A DNA stretch of 64,000 bases from Pseudomonadota bacterium (GTDB lineage: Bacteria; Pseudomonadota; Gammaproteobacteria; Burkholderiales; Burkholderiaceae_B): positions 51,888 through 115,887 of the forward strand of contig JAFAEO010000027.1 in the NCBI GenBank assembly GCA_023423975.1. Direction: 5' to 3'. Numbering within the stretch: the stretch's first letter is position 1; every line of letters starts with the position of its first letter. Shown here piece after piece: positions 53,917 through 64,000 of the stretch. Under the pieces are notes generated by a model. That model had not been told where the DNA came from, did no database searches, and worked only from the letters and a program-made list of their open reading frames with translations. A program made the position numbers and the translations under genes.

Positions 53917-54699
53917 TCAGGCAAATGACAAGGAGAGGGTGGCGACGACCGGCGCATGATCCGACGGTTGCTCATTGCCACGGGGCGCCTTGTCGATAAC
54001 GCAGGCTGTGCAAAGTTGCGCCAGCGATGGCGTCAGCAGGACATGGTCAATGCGCAGCCCGGCGTTGCGGCGAAACCCCATCATCCGGTAATCCCACCAG
54101 CTGAACAGTTTCTCTTCCTGATCAAACAGACGAAATGAATCGGCAAGGCCAAGGCCGCTGAGCGCCTGCATGGCGGCGCGCTCCTTGGGCGAAATCAGAA
54201 TATCGCCGGTATATTTGGGGTGTACATCGCGGTCTTCGGGCGCGATGTTATAGTCGCCGCAAATGGCCAGATTGGGAAATAATTTCATCTGTGATTCAAC
54301 GAACTGGTTGAGTGCCGCGTACCATTCCAGTTTGTAGTTGTATTTGTCGCTATCGAGCGCACTGCCGTTGGGACAATAGGCGCAAATAACCCGCATCGGG
54401 CCTTCGCTGGTCTGGCAGGTGGCGGTAATCAGACGCTGCTGGGTGTCGGGGTAGAGCGGGTTGTTGACGATCACATCTTCCAGTGACGAGCGCGACAAAA
54501 TGGCCACGCCGTTATAGGTTTTCTGCCCGGTCCAGACAGCGTCGTAGCCCAGTTCCTGGAAGGCATCCTTGGGAAATTTTTCATTGACCTGCTTGAGCTC
54601 CTGAATACACAAGATATCGATACTGTGCTCATCCAGCCAGGCAAGCACCTGCGGCAGACGTACAGTGAGCGAATTGACATTCCAAGTAGCGATTTTCAT
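53917..54699 (-). CDS. xth: Exodeoxyribonuclease III
   Basis: KIATWNVNS, QELK, YNGVAI, Y.PNG, GDYN, FSWWDYR, LRIDH, SDHAPV. Confidence 0.97.
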   Translation of the reverse strand: MKIATWNVNSLTVRLPQVLAWLDEHSIDILCIQELKQVNEKFPKDAFQELGYDAVWTGQKTYNGVAILSRSSLEDVIVNNPLYPDTQQRLITATCQTSEGPMRVICAYCPNGSALDSDKYNYKLEWYAALNQFVESQMKLFPNLAICGDYNIAPEDRDVHPKYTGDILISPKERAAMQALSGLGLADSFRLFDQEEKLFSWWDYRMMGFRRNAGLRIDHVLLTPSLAQLCTACVIDKAPRGNEQPSDHAPVVATLSLSFA

Positions 54700-54796
54700 A
54701 GCGGTCCTGATTTTCCGTTGAACACAAACAGCGGGCTTTCATTGTATGCCGGATGCGTTATGATTCGCTTCTCTTCACACAAAAAAAGGAATTATC

Positions 54797-55978
54797 ATGC
54801 CTGACGTTTTCGTGGTATCCGGTGTTCGTACGGCCATTGGCGGCTTTGGCGGCAGTCTGAAAAATGTAAGCCCTGGCGAGCTGGGAGCAACGGTCATCCG
54901 GGCAGCCATGGAGCGTGCTGCGGTGACAGGCGAAGATATCGGCCACGTCGCGCTGGGGCATGTGATCAATACCGAGCCTCGTGACATGTATCTGTCGCGC
55001 TATGCGGCGGTCACAGCCGGTGTCTCACAGGGCACGCCGGCTTTGAATGTCAACCGCCTGTGCGGCTCCGGCCTGCAAGCCATCGTCTCTGCCGCCCAGA
55101 CATTGTTGCTTGGAGATGCCCAAATCGCGATCGCCGGCGGCGTCGAGAACATGAGCCGCGCGCCTTATATTGCGCCGGCACACCGGTTTGGCGCCAGAAT
55201 GGGTGACAGCGTGATGCAGGACATGATGACCGGCGCGCTGTCCGATCCGTTTGAAAAAATGCATATGGGTGTCACGGCCGAAAATGTAGCCAAAGAGTAC
55301 GGCGTGTCCCGTCAGCAACAGGACGAACTGGCTGTCGCGTCCCATCAACGCGCGGCCAACGCCATTGACCAGGGCTATTTCAAGGACCAGATCGTGCCGG
55401 TGGTGATGAAATCGCGCAAAGGCGATATCGTATTCGATACCGATGAGCACGTGCGAGGCGACATCACACTCGAGGGGCTGTCTGCCCTGAAGCCGGTGTT
55501 TGTCAAAGAAGCCGGAACGGTCACAGCCGGTAATGCGTCGGGCATTAATGACGGCGCTGCCGCGCTGGTGCTGATGAACGGGGAGATGGTCAAAGAACGC
55601 GGTGCGAAACCGCTGGCCCGTCTGGTGGCCTACGGTCACGCCGGCGTTGATCCTCGTCTGATGGGCATTGGTCCTGTTCCTGCAACACGCAATGCCCTGG
55701 CCAGGGCAGGGCTGAAAATTGAAGATATGGATGTGATTGAGGCCAATGAGGCATTTGCAGCCCAGGCTTGCGCCGTCACACAGCAATTGGGCATGGATCC
55801 GGCCAAAGTCAACCCTAACGGCAGCGGCATCGGGCTGGGTCATCCGGTGGGCGCAACTGGCGCCATTATTACTGTCAAGGCGCTGCACGAGTTGCAGCGC
55901 ATCGGCGGACGCTATGCGCTGGTGACCATGTGCATCGGCGGCGGGCAGGGGATTGCCGCTATCTTCGAACGGGTCTGA
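54797..55978 (+). CDS. bktB: Beta-ketothiolase (BktB type)
   Basis: EPRDMYLSR, NRLCGSGLQ, NASGINDGA, NEAFA, GHPVGATG, MCIGGGQG. Confidence 0.9.
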   Translation: MPDVFVVSGVRTAIGGFGGSLKNVSPGELGATVIRAAMERAAVTGEDIGHVALGHVINTEPRDMYLSRYAAVTAGVSQGTPALNVNRLCGSGLQAIVSAAQTLLLGDAQIAIAGGVENMSRAPYIAPAHRFGARMGDSVMQDMMTGALSDPFEKMHMGVTAENVAKEYGVSRQQQDELAVASHQRAANAIDQGYFKDQIVPVVMKSRKGDIVFDTDEHVRGDITLEGLSALKPVFVKEAGTVTAGNASGINDGAAALVLMNGEMVKERGAKPLARLVAYGHAGVDPRLMGIGPVPATRNALARAGLKIEDMDVIEANEAFAAQACAVTQQLGMDPAKVNPNGSGIGLGHPVGATGAIITVKALHELQRIGGRYALVTMCIGGGQGIAAIFERV

Positions 55979-55984
55979 TGACGC

Positions 55985-56767
55985 ATGCAACACCAGAAAA
56001 GGGAGCCACACCCCGATTATGACGAGCCGATGATCTCCGAATCGCAGGGTGTCCGGTATTTGCATTTCAATAGCGAATGGATTCAGGGCGCCATGCGGGT
56101 GAAACGTCCCGAAAAACTGGAGTTCGAGTATACGCAGCAGATGATGGCATGGCTGTTGTTTCTGGCGCCACCGGTTAATCGTGGCGTCGGTATTCTGGGG
56201 CTGGGGGCCGGGTCGCTGACGCGTTTTTGTCAGCATCATTTCGATAGCGATGTCGTAACTGTGGAATGGAATCCCCAGGTTACCGCCATATGCGAGTCTG
56301 CCTTTGAGTTGCGGCAAACGGCCTCGTGCCGGGTGGTGCATGAAGATGCGCAGGACTGGGTCCTGGATCCAATCAATGAAAACAGCTATGGCGCGCTCAT
56401 GGTGGATTTGTACGATTACACCGCACAGGGGCCGGTATGTTCTTCAGATCAGTTTTACCGGGGCTGTCGGCGAGTGTGCGCCGACCTGGGAGTAGTTACA
56501 ATCAACCTGTTCGGTCATCACGGTAGTTTTCGCAAGAATATGCGTAATATCATGCGGGCTTTTGATGATCGTGTGCTCCTGTTTCCCGAAACCATTGATG
56601 GCAATCGTATCGTCATTGCATTTACCGGTCCGCCATTGCAGGTAACACGTGAGCAGTTGCAGCAGCGGGCCAGACGGGTGCAGAGCCTGTACCGGTTGCC
56701 GGCGACGGGTTGGCTTCGGACGCTGCTGCAGGAAAACGGCAAGACAGGGGAGCTAATCAGTTTCTAA
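55985..56767 (+). CDS. Spermidine-synthase-like SAM-dependent methyltransferase
   Basis: VRYLHF....IQGAM, EYTQQMM, LGLGAGSL, VEWNP, VDLYD. Confidence 0.8.
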   Translation: MQHQKREPHPDYDEPMISESQGVRYLHFNSEWIQGAMRVKRPEKLEFEYTQQMMAWLLFLAPPVNRGVGILGLGAGSLTRFCQHHFDSDVVTVEWNPQVTAICESAFELRQTASCRVVHEDAQDWVLDPINENSYGALMVDLYDYTAQGPVCSSDQFYRGCRRVCADLGVVTINLFGHHGSFRKNMRNIMRAFDDRVLLFPETIDGNRIVIAFTGPPLQVTREQLQQRARRVQSLYRLPATGWLRTLLQENGKTGELISF

Positions 56768-56896
56768 GCGCCGTCAATTGAGGTTATGCGCCCGGTTTGC
56801 GTTGCCGGCCGCAGCTATTCTCGTTAATACCACTGGTACGAAGCGGTTTGCTATGACAGAATCGCTGAGTTTGGAACATGTCATTCAGGAGTAGTT

Positions 56897-57868
56897 ATGA
56901 TCAAGGGCACGTTTACCTTCTGTCTTTCCGTTGCGCTGGTTTCAACCTCGCTGCTCGCGGGCGCAGCCCAGGCGGCAGACAAGTTTGTTGCTGTCACATC
57001 CATCGTTGAACACCCGGCCCTTGACGCCGTGCGCGACGGCGTCAAGGAAGGTCTGGCCAAAGAAGGCTTTGAAGAAGGCAAGAATCTGAAATGGAAGTAT
57101 CAGAGCGCGCAGGGCAATACCGGTACCGCCGCCCAGATTGCGCGCCAGTTCATCGGTGAAAGGCCCGATGCCATCGTAGCCATTGCCACGCCGTCGGCGC
57201 AGGCGGTGGTTGCCGCAACCAAAACCATTCCAGTGGTGTATTCCGCTGTAACCGACCCGGTTGCGGCCCAGTTGGTCAAATCCATGGACGGCTCAGGCGC
57301 CAACGTGACCGGCGTGTCCGATGTGCTGGTCCTCGAAAAGCAGATTGAATTGATCAAGCAGGTATTGCCAGAGGCCAAGCGCGTAGGCATTGTCTACAAT
57401 CCGGGCGAAGCCAATTCCAGCGTGGTAGTCAAGCGGCTGAAGGAATTGTTGCCCAAGTCTGGCATGACGCTTGTCGAAGCGTCCGCACCGCGCTCGGTCG
57501 ATGTAGGTTCGGCGGCGCGCAGTCTGGCAGGCAAGGTTGATGTGATCTATACCAATACCGATAACAATGTGGTATCTGCCTATGAAGCCCTGGTCAAGGT
57601 GGGCAACGAATCCAAGATTCCTCTGGTTGCTTCGGACACCGATAGCGTCAAGCGCGGCGCCATTGCCGCCCTGGGCATCAACTACAAGAATCTGGGAATT
57701 CAGACTGGTACAATCGTAGCGCGGATCCTGAAAGGCGAAAAGCCAGGCAGCATCCCGTCCGAAACCAGCAACACGCTGGAGCTGTTCGTTAATCCGGGGG
57801 CTGCCCAAAAGCAAGGGGTTACATTGAGCGAAGACTTTGTCAAAAGCGCCAAAGTGATTGTGAAATAA
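56897..57868 (+). CDS. ABC transporter substrate-binding protein (TrpX/aromatic amino acid-like family)
   Basis: Signal peptide; IVEHPALD, AQGN, IATPSAQ, AVTDPV, NVTGVSD, YNPGEANS, TDN. Confidence 0.9.
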   Translation: MIKGTFTFCLSVALVSTSLLAGAAQAADKFVAVTSIVEHPALDAVRDGVKEGLAKEGFEEGKNLKWKYQSAQGNTGTAAQIARQFIGERPDAIVAIATPSAQAVVAATKTIPVVYSAVTDPVAAQLVKSMDGSGANVTGVSDVLVLEKQIELIKQVLPEAKRVGIVYNPGEANSSVVVKRLKELLPKSGMTLVEASAPRSVDVGSAARSLAGKVDVIYTNTDNNVVSAYEALVKVGNESKIPLVASDTDSVKRGAIAALGINYKNLGIQTGTIVARILKGEKPGSIPSETSNTLELFVNPGAAQKQGVTLSEDFVKSAKVIVK

Positions 57869-57888
57869 CCTGTTGTTACCTTTTTACT

Positions 57889-57914
57889 GGCCTGGGCTCA
57901 TCTCAGGCTTTTTT
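57889..57914 (+). terminator. Intra-operonic hairpin with U-tract after the binding-protein gene
   Basis: GGCCTGGG-CTCA-TCTCAGGCT-TTTTT. Confidence 0.5.
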
Positions 57915-57935
57915 ATTTGATCATAAGTTCTTAAC

Positions 57936-58826
57936 ATGTCTCTTTTTTCTTCCCTTGGGGCGCTGGAGCTGGGTTTTATCTACAGCCTGGTCGCGCTGGG
58001 CGTGTTCATTTCCTTTCGCGTCTTGCGCTTTCCCGATCTGACGGTCGATGGTACGTTTGCCACCGGCGGTGCCGTGTCTGCGCTACTGGTCAGCAGCGGT
58101 TACGATCCGTTCGTGGCCAGCGTGGCAGCGATGCTCGCTTGTGCTTTTGCTGGAATGATCACCGGCTGGCTCAACGTCAAGCTGGGCATTATGGATTTGC
58201 TGGCCAGTATTTTGATGATGACCGCCCTGTATTCGATCAACCTGCGCATCATGGGCGGACCGAACATTCCCCTGATCACCAGCGACACCGTCTTTTCGCT
58301 CACGCAACCGGCGACGCTCGACGATTTCATCTGGCGTCCGGTATTGCTCTTCATTGTCGTGGTGATCGTAAAAATCGTTCTGGACGCCTATTTTTCGACC
58401 CGATCAGGACTGGCCATGCGTTCGACCGGCTCGAATTTGCGAATGGCTCGGGCCCAGGGCATTTCTACAGACCGTATGGTGCTTATCGGCATGGCGCTAT
58501 CCAATGCGCTGGTAGGCCTGGGCGGCGCGCTGTTTGCCCAGTCGCAGGGCGGGTCTGACATTTCCATGGGAATCGGTACCATCGTCATCGGCCTGGCGGC
58601 CGTTATCGTGGGGGAAAGCATTTTGCCGGCACGACGTTTTCTTTTTATCACGCTGGCCGTCATTGTGGGAGCCATTCTCTATCGCTTTTTCATTGCATTG
58701 GCGCTCAATAGCGATTTCATCGGCCTCAAGGCACAGGATCTGAATTTGATTACGGCATTGCTGGTGGCCATTGCACTGATTCTGCCCAAACTTCGCCGTA
58801 GCCTGCGAATCAAAGGACGCGCCTGA
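57936..58826 (+). CDS. ABC transporter permease
   Basis: FPDLTVDG, LYSINLRIMG.PN, G.A.R.TG.N, multiple TM segments. Confidence 0.92.
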   Translation: MSLFSSLGALELGFIYSLVALGVFISFRVLRFPDLTVDGTFATGGAVSALLVSSGYDPFVASVAAMLACAFAGMITGWLNVKLGIMDLLASILMMTALYSINLRIMGGPNIPLITSDTVFSLTQPATLDDFIWRPVLLFIVVVIVKIVLDAYFSTRSGLAMRSTGSNLRMARAQGISTDRMVLIGMALSNALVGLGGALFAQSQGGSDISMGIGTIVIGLAAVIVGESILPARRFLFITLAVIVGAILYRFFIALALNSDFIGLKAQDLNLITALLVAIALILPKLRRSLRIKGRA

Positions 58827-58827
58827 T

Positions 58828-59622
58828 ATGTTGAACGCACAAAATCTGCATATTACCTTTAATGCCGGTACCCCCATTGAAACGCGCGCACTGCGTGGCT
58901 TGTCCCTGAGCATTCCGCAAGGGCAGTTCGTCACCGTGATCGGCTCCAACGGCGCTGGCAAGTCAACCTTCCTGAATGCAGTGTCGGGCGAATTGATGGT
59001 GGATTCGGGCAGCATTCATATCAACGATGAAAATGTCACCCGCAAAAGCGTGTGGCAGCGGGCCGTCAATGTGGCGCGGGTGTTCCAGGACCCGATGGCG
59101 GGCACCTGTGAAGACCTGACGATCGAAGAAAATATGTCGCTGGCCTATTGTCGGGGCGGCCAACGCGGCCTTCGTCCTGCTTTGCGCAGTGATCTGCGAC
59201 AGTTGTTCCGGGAGCGTCTGACCATTCTGGGGCTGGGCCTGGAGTCGCGGCTGACTGACCGCATCGGCCTGTTGTCGGGTGGACAGCGTCAGGCGGTAAG
59301 CCTATTGATGGCGGCACTGCAGCCCAGCAAAATACTCCTGCTGGACGAACATACTGCTGCGCTCGATCCTCGGACCGCGCAATTTGTTCTGGATCTTACA
59401 GAAAAGATCGTGACTGAACAGAAACTGACCACTATGATGGTCACGCACAGTATGAAGCAAGCACTGGAGATCGGCGAACGGACGATTATGCTGCATCAGG
59501 GACAGGTTGTTCTGGATGTGGCCGGCGAGCAGCGCCGGGACATGACGGTTAGCGACCTGCTGCAGATGTTCGAAAAAGTCAGGGGCGAACAGATCACCGA
59601 CGACGCCTTGTTGCTCGATTGA
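58828..59622 (+). CDS. ABC transporter ATP-binding protein
   Basis: GSNGAGKST, LSGGQRQ, LLDEHTAALDP, VTH. Confidence 0.95.
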   Translation: MLNAQNLHITFNAGTPIETRALRGLSLSIPQGQFVTVIGSNGAGKSTFLNAVSGELMVDSGSIHINDENVTRKSVWQRAVNVARVFQDPMAGTCEDLTIEENMSLAYCRGGQRGLRPALRSDLRQLFRERLTILGLGLESRLTDRIGLLSGGQRQAVSLLMAALQPSKILLLDEHTAALDPRTAQFVLDLTEKIVTEQKLTTMMVTHSMKQALEIGERTIMLHQGQVVLDVAGEQRRDMTVSDLLQMFEKVRGEQITDDALLLD

Positions 59623-60087
59623 CACTTTACCGGTCGAAAAACGCAGATTTTGCGCCTCCCTGGCGGGCGGATGACGACAAAACCAGCACAGGCGTGTTAT
59701 TTTTATTGCATCTTGGCCTGCCAGTGGCCGATCGGGGCGCAGCGAGGCGCCATGCCTCGGTATTGATTCGACCACGTTTTATCCGGTATGTGCGTCGCCG
59801 ATACAGCGGTCTGCGTTGCTAAGCGGGCGGGTAAAGGCAGCCATGGCCGTGCTTTTTCAATAGACGACGCAGCCAGCCCATTGCATGGCAATCGTCCTGC
59901 TATAGCGCATTTCTCAGGTGAATGTGTTCACAACATTCCCGAGAATCAGATAAAAACCCTAAAACTTAAGGGTTTATACTAAATAGTATTTGCTTAGGCA
60001 ATTATTTTCTGGTTATAATCTTTTCTTCAACACCGTTCAATCAGCTATCCGTCAGGATCAGCCCTCGCTCTCAAGGTTTCCAACCCA

Positions 60088-61368
60088 ATGACAAACAGAC
60101 TCTTTTTACACAAGCGCTATGTTGCAACAGTTTTGCTGTCGTGCCTGGTTGCGCTAAGCGGTTGCGGTAAGGAAGATCAGCAAGCAGGCGCGCAAGGTGG
60201 CCCGCCACCGACACCTGTCAGCACAATCAAACTGGCCGAAACACCCACCACCATCTTTACCACGCTCCCTGGTCGGGTCAGTGCTGTGCGTGATGCGCAG
60301 GTGCGTGCCCGGGTTAACGGTATTGTGCAAAAAATTGAATTTGAGCAGGGTCGCGAGGTAAAAAAAGGGCAGGTGCTCTTCCGGATTGATCCTGCTACCT
60401 ACCAGGCACAATATGCACAGGCCGAAGCGGCCTTGAATCAAGCCAAAGCGACGGCAGGTAGCGCCCGGCAACTGGCCAACCGCTATAGCACTCTTGTCAA
60501 ATCCAATGCTGTGAGCCGTCAGGAATATGACGATGCCCGTGCGCAGGCAAATCAGGCAGATGCGACCATCGCTTCAGCTAAAGCTGCCCTGGATGCAGCC
60601 CGTATCAATTTGTCTTATACCGATGTGGAATCACCCATTGACGGCATTATTGGTCGGGCACTGGTCACTGAAGGAGCGCTGGTCAGCGGGACCGAAGCCA
60701 CCGAATTGGCGCATGTGCAGCAAATGGACCCGGTTTACGTAGACTTTACCCAGTCTACTGCCGAACTGTACCGTTTGCGCAAGGCGATGGCAGATGGACA
60801 ATTGACCAAGGTTGACGAAAACACGGCTGTGGTTCAGCTTGAACTGGAAGACGGTACACAGTATCCGGAAAACGGCCAATTGCTTTTTACCGGCGTCAGC
60901 GTTGAACCCTCTACCGGGCAGGTCACCCTGCGGGCCACGTTCCCCAACTCGGACAAGCTGCTGCTGCCAGGCATGTACGTCACAGTCAAGCTGGAGCAGG
61001 GCAAGGACGACAAGGCACTGCTGGTTCCAACACAAGCTATTCAGCGTTCTACCGATGGCCTGAGCAACGTGATGCTCGTGCGTGATGGCAAGGTTGCTGC
61101 GGTAACCATCCAGACAGGCGGGGAAGTGAGGACCGATTCAATCGTAACTAAAGGCCTTAAAGCCGGCGACGAAGTGATTGTTGAAGGATTCCAGAAAATC
61201 CGTCCAGGCGCACCGGTCAAACCTCAGCCATGGAAAAAAGGCAAGGCGGCGGGCGATAAGGGCCAGCAGCCTGAGTCTGGCGCTCAGGAACCACCCAAGG
61301 AAGGGGCTGACAAGACCCCAACACAGGAAAGCAAGCCTGAACAGCAGGGCGACAAGCCGGCACAGTGA
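60088..61368 (+). CDS. RND efflux periplasmic adaptor (AcrA/MexA family) lipoprotein
   Basis: LSGC lipobox, VRARVNG, LF.IDP, SPIDG.IG...VTEGALV, TG.VTLRA.FPN....LLPGM. Confidence 0.95.
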   Translation: MTNRLFLHKRYVATVLLSCLVALSGCGKEDQQAGAQGGPPPTPVSTIKLAETPTTIFTTLPGRVSAVRDAQVRARVNGIVQKIEFEQGREVKKGQVLFRIDPATYQAQYAQAEAALNQAKATAGSARQLANRYSTLVKSNAVSRQEYDDARAQANQADATIASAKAALDAARINLSYTDVESPIDGIIGRALVTEGALVSGTEATELAHVQQMDPVYVDFTQSTAELYRLRKAMADGQLTKVDENTAVVQLELEDGTQYPENGQLLFTGVSVEPSTGQVTLRATFPNSDKLLLPGMYVTVKLEQGKDDKALLVPTQAIQRSTDGLSNVMLVRDGKVAAVTIQTGGEVRTDSIVTKGLKAGDEVIVEGFQKIRPGAPVKPQPWKKGKAAGDKGQQPESGAQEPPKEGADKTPTQESKPEQQGDKPAQ

Positions 61369-61379
61369 GTATATAAAAC

Positions 61380-64000
61380 ATGTCAAATTTTTTCATTAAC
61401 CGGCCAATTTTTGCCTGGGTTATTGCGATTATCATATTCTTTGCGGGTGTCGTTTCCATCCCCAATATGGCAATTTCGCAGTACCCTGAAGTGGCACCGC
61501 CGACCATCACCGTACGTGCTACATACCCTGGTGCAGGCGCCGAAGAGGTCGCCCGCTCGGTTACCAGTTTGATCGAGAACGAGCTCAACGGTGCCCAGGG
61601 CATGCTGTACTATGCCTCTACCAGCGATTCATACGGTGCCGCCAAAATCGACGTGACTTTTGAACCGGGCACCGACCCGGATCTTGCCCAGGTGGACGTC
61701 CAGAACCGTATTTCCAGCGTAAACTCCAAGCTGCCTCAGGCGGTGACTCAACAGGGTATTACATTCTCCAAGAGTACGGCGGGGTTCCTGATGATCGTGA
61801 CCCTGACCTCTACCGACGGCTCGCTCGATGATGCCGGCCTGGGCGACTACATCACGCGCAATATCCAGAACTCGGTCTCCCGGATCAAGGGTGTGGGGGA
61901 ATTCCAGCTGTTTGCCTCGCCACGCGCCATGCGTATTTGGGTAGATTCGGCAAAAATGACTTCGTTTGGCCTGACCACCAGCGATATCAAGACCGCCCTG
62001 CAAACACAGAATGCGCAAATTACCGGCGGCACCCTGGGGTCGCCGCCAACGCCGGATGACCAGACCACCAGTGCGACGGTAATCGTCAATGGCCAGCTTA
62101 GCACTGTCAAGGAGTTCGGCGATATTGTTTTGCGCGCCACAACAGGCGGCTCTACCGTCCGACTGCGCGATGTTGCCCGTATTGAAGTGGGTGCCGATTC
62201 CTATCAGTTTGGATCACGCCTGAACGGCAAAACGGCAGCTGCATTCGCCGTCTCGCTGGCACCCAACGCCAATGCGCTGGAAACCTCGAACCTGGTCCAG
62301 GCCGAGATGGAAAATCTGGCCCAGTATTTCCCTGACAATATTGAATACAAGGTTCCCTACAACACGGCTCCGTATGTCGATGCGTCTATCACCCAGGTGG
62401 TGCACACCTTGGTTGAGGCCATGCTGCTGGTGTTCGTGGTGATGTACCTGTTCCTGCAGAACATACGCTATACCTTGATACCGGCCATTGTGGTGCCGGT
62501 GGCGCTCATGGGCACCATGGCTACCCTGTTGTATATGGGGTACTCCATCAATACGCTCACGATGTTTGCCATGGTTCTGGCCATTGGTATTCTGGTGGAT
62601 GACGCCATCGTGGTGGTGGAGAACGTGGAACGGATTATGGCCGAAGAAGGGCTGCAGCCCAAGGAGGCCACGGTCAAGGCGATGCCGCAAATTTTCGGCG
62701 CGATTGTCGGTATTACTTTGGTACTGATGGTCGTGTTCGCGCCCCTGTTCTTCATGAGCGGGTCTGCGGGCGTGATTTATCGCCAGTTCGCTGCCGCAAT
62801 GATTATTTCTATCGGCTTTTCCGCATTCCTGGCGCTCACCTTTACACCAGCGATGTGCGCCACGCTGCTCAAGCCCGTGCCCAAGGGGCATCATGATAAA
62901 AAAGGGTTTTTCGGCTGGTTTAACCGGACGTTTGCCAAAATCACGAACAACTATACGGGTTTCGTGGGCAGCATGCTCAAACGCGGTGGACGCATGATGC
63001 TGATTTATCTGGGGTTGGTCATTCTGCTGGGCTTTCTGTATCTGCGTCTGCCCACTTCGTTCTTGCCGACCGAAGATCAAGGCTACGCCGTCACCAACAT
63101 TGAGTTGCCGGCGGGTGTCTCAGCCAAGCGGACTGAAGAGGTCATCAAGCAGGTCGAGGAGTACTATGGGAAACAGCCTGAGGTGGAGAATATCATCACC
63201 GTGCAGGGTTTCAGTTTCAACGGTTCCGGTCTGAACTCGGCCATTGCCTTTACACCATTCAAGAAGTTCGATGAGCGCAAAGGGGAAGAGCACAACGCCA
63301 TGTCGGTCGCAGGTCGCGCCACGGGGCAATTGCTTTTCGGAATTCCTGATGCCATGGTGCTGTCGATTGTGCCACCGTCCATCCCGTCGCTGGGTACGGC
63401 TACTGGTTTTGACTTGCGCTTGCAGGATCGCGGTGGCATGGGGCAGACCCAATTGCGTGAAGCGGCCAACCAACTGATACAGCTGGCTGGCCAGAGCAAG
63501 ATTCTGTCCCAGGTGCGTATTTCCGGTTTGGGCCCTGGTCCGCAGCTGAAAGTCACGGTTGACCGCGTCAAAGCCTATTCGCTGGGCGTGAATATGACCG
63601 AAGTAGGTAATGTCCTCTCGGGTACGATCGGTAACAGCTATCTGGGGCAATTCCCGAATCAGGGCTGGATGCAGAACGTGTGGATTCAGTCCGAAGCCGC
63701 GCAGCGGATGTCGCCTGAAGATATTCTCAAACTGCGGGTGCATAACACCAATGGCGAACTGGTCCCCATGTCTTCGTTCGTGACCCTTGACTGGGTACAC
63801 GGCGAAACGCAGATCCAGCGTTACAACAGCTATGATTCCATCACTATCCAGGGGCAGGCCAATGCCGGCTATGCCAACGGCGAGGCGATGGACGAGATTG
63901 TGAAACTGATTGGCCAATTGCCTGCGGGTATCGGCTATGAGTGGACTGGTCTGTCCTATCAGGAAGTGCAGGCAGGCAGTCAGGCCACGATTTTGCTTGC
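61380..64000 (+). CDS. RND efflux inner-membrane permease (AcrB/MexB family), truncated by window end
   Basis: Read directly from 61380: MSNFFINRPIFAWVIAI...QYPEVAPP...YPGA...LAIGILVDDAIVVVENVER; absent from the ORF track, consistent with no stop codon before the window end. Confidence 0.96.
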   Translation, partial: MSNFFINRPIFAWVIAIIIFFAGVVSIPNMAISQYPEVAPPTITVRATYPGAGAEEVARSVTSLIENELNGAQGMLYYASTSDSYGAAKIDVTFEPGTDPDLAQVDVQNRISSVNSKLPQAVTQQGITFSKSTAGFLMIVTLTSTDGSLDDAGLGDYITRNIQNSVSRIKGVGEFQLFASPRAMRIWVDSAKMTSFGLTTSDIKTALQTQNAQITGGTLGSPPTPDDQTTSATVIVNGQLSTVKEFGDIVLRATTGGSTVRLRDVARIEVGADSYQFGSRLNGKTAAAFAVSLAPNANALETSNLVQAEMENLAQYFPDNIEYKVPYNTAPYVDASITQVVHTLVEAMLLVFVVMYLFLQNIRYTLIPAIVVPVALMGTMATLLYMGYSINTLTMFAMVLAIGILVDDAIVVVENVERIMAEEGLQPKEATVKAMPQIFGAIVGITLVLMVVFAPLFFMSGSAGVIYRQFAAAMIISIGFSAFLALTFTPAMCATLLKPVPKGHHDKKGFFGWFNRTFAKITNNYTGFVGSMLKRGGRMMLIYLGLVILLGFLYLRLPTSFLPTEDQGYAVTNIELPAGVSAKRTEEVIKQVEEYYGKQPEVENIITVQGFSFNGSGLNSAIAFTPFKKFDERKGEEHNAMSVAGRATGQLLFGIPDAMVLSIVPPSIPSLGTATGFDLRLQDRGGMGQTQLREAANQLIQLAGQSKILSQVRISGLGPGPQLKVTVDRVKAYSLGVNMTEVGNVLSGTIGNSYLGQFPNQGWMQNVWIQSEAAQRMSPEDILKLRVHNTNGELVPMSSFVTLDWVHGETQIQRYNSYDSITIQGQANAGYANGEAMDEIVKLIGQLPAGIGYEWTGLSYQEVQAGSQATILL

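Noticed and set aside
55025..56341. 438-aa minus-strand ORF
   Set aside because: Antisense shadow of bktB and the methyltransferase; no recognisable motifs.

Overview
This is a chromosomal window from a betaproteobacterium. Gene order and content point to Alcaligenaceae, possibly Advenella-like (inference, not a database match). Most of it is housekeeping: 3' pheT-ihfA-MerR, dinB, pbpG, purL-guaB-guaA, tadA-ldcA-ABC-F-yigZ, trxA, an NCS2 permease, tsaD, plsY, surE-pcm-nlpD-exonuclease-rlmD (no rpoS), argH, nadE-glnB, ubiC, xth, bktB, an ABC importer, and the start of an RND efflux operon. Two accessory stretches stand out. (1) At about 1.6-13.6 kb, around an oppositely oriented tRNA-Pro(GGG), lie lldD, a DUF4142-cupredoxin-ECF sigma operon with no anti-sigma gene and a candidate autoregulated promoter, several orphan exported proteins, and an unusual helicase IV-like gene. 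(2) At about 26.3-33.5 kb, after the guaA 3' end (a known integration hotspot), lie att-arm-like remnants but no integrase, followed by phnA, MFS/MarR and a FecI-FecR-IutA-like receptor iron-uptake cassette with a candidate Fur box. I found no CRISPR array, rRNA, transposase, integrase or phage gene. The best leads are the putative copper/redox ECF module, the helicase with a decayed nuclease-like insert plus an extra ~83-aa in-frame insertion, a YpfH-like esterase that appears catalytically dead, a lipoprotein carrying a stand-alone SecDF head domain, and a 16-bp exact inverted copy of the tRNA-Pro CCA junction 42 kb away. All family calls come from recognising motifs by eye; no searches were run.
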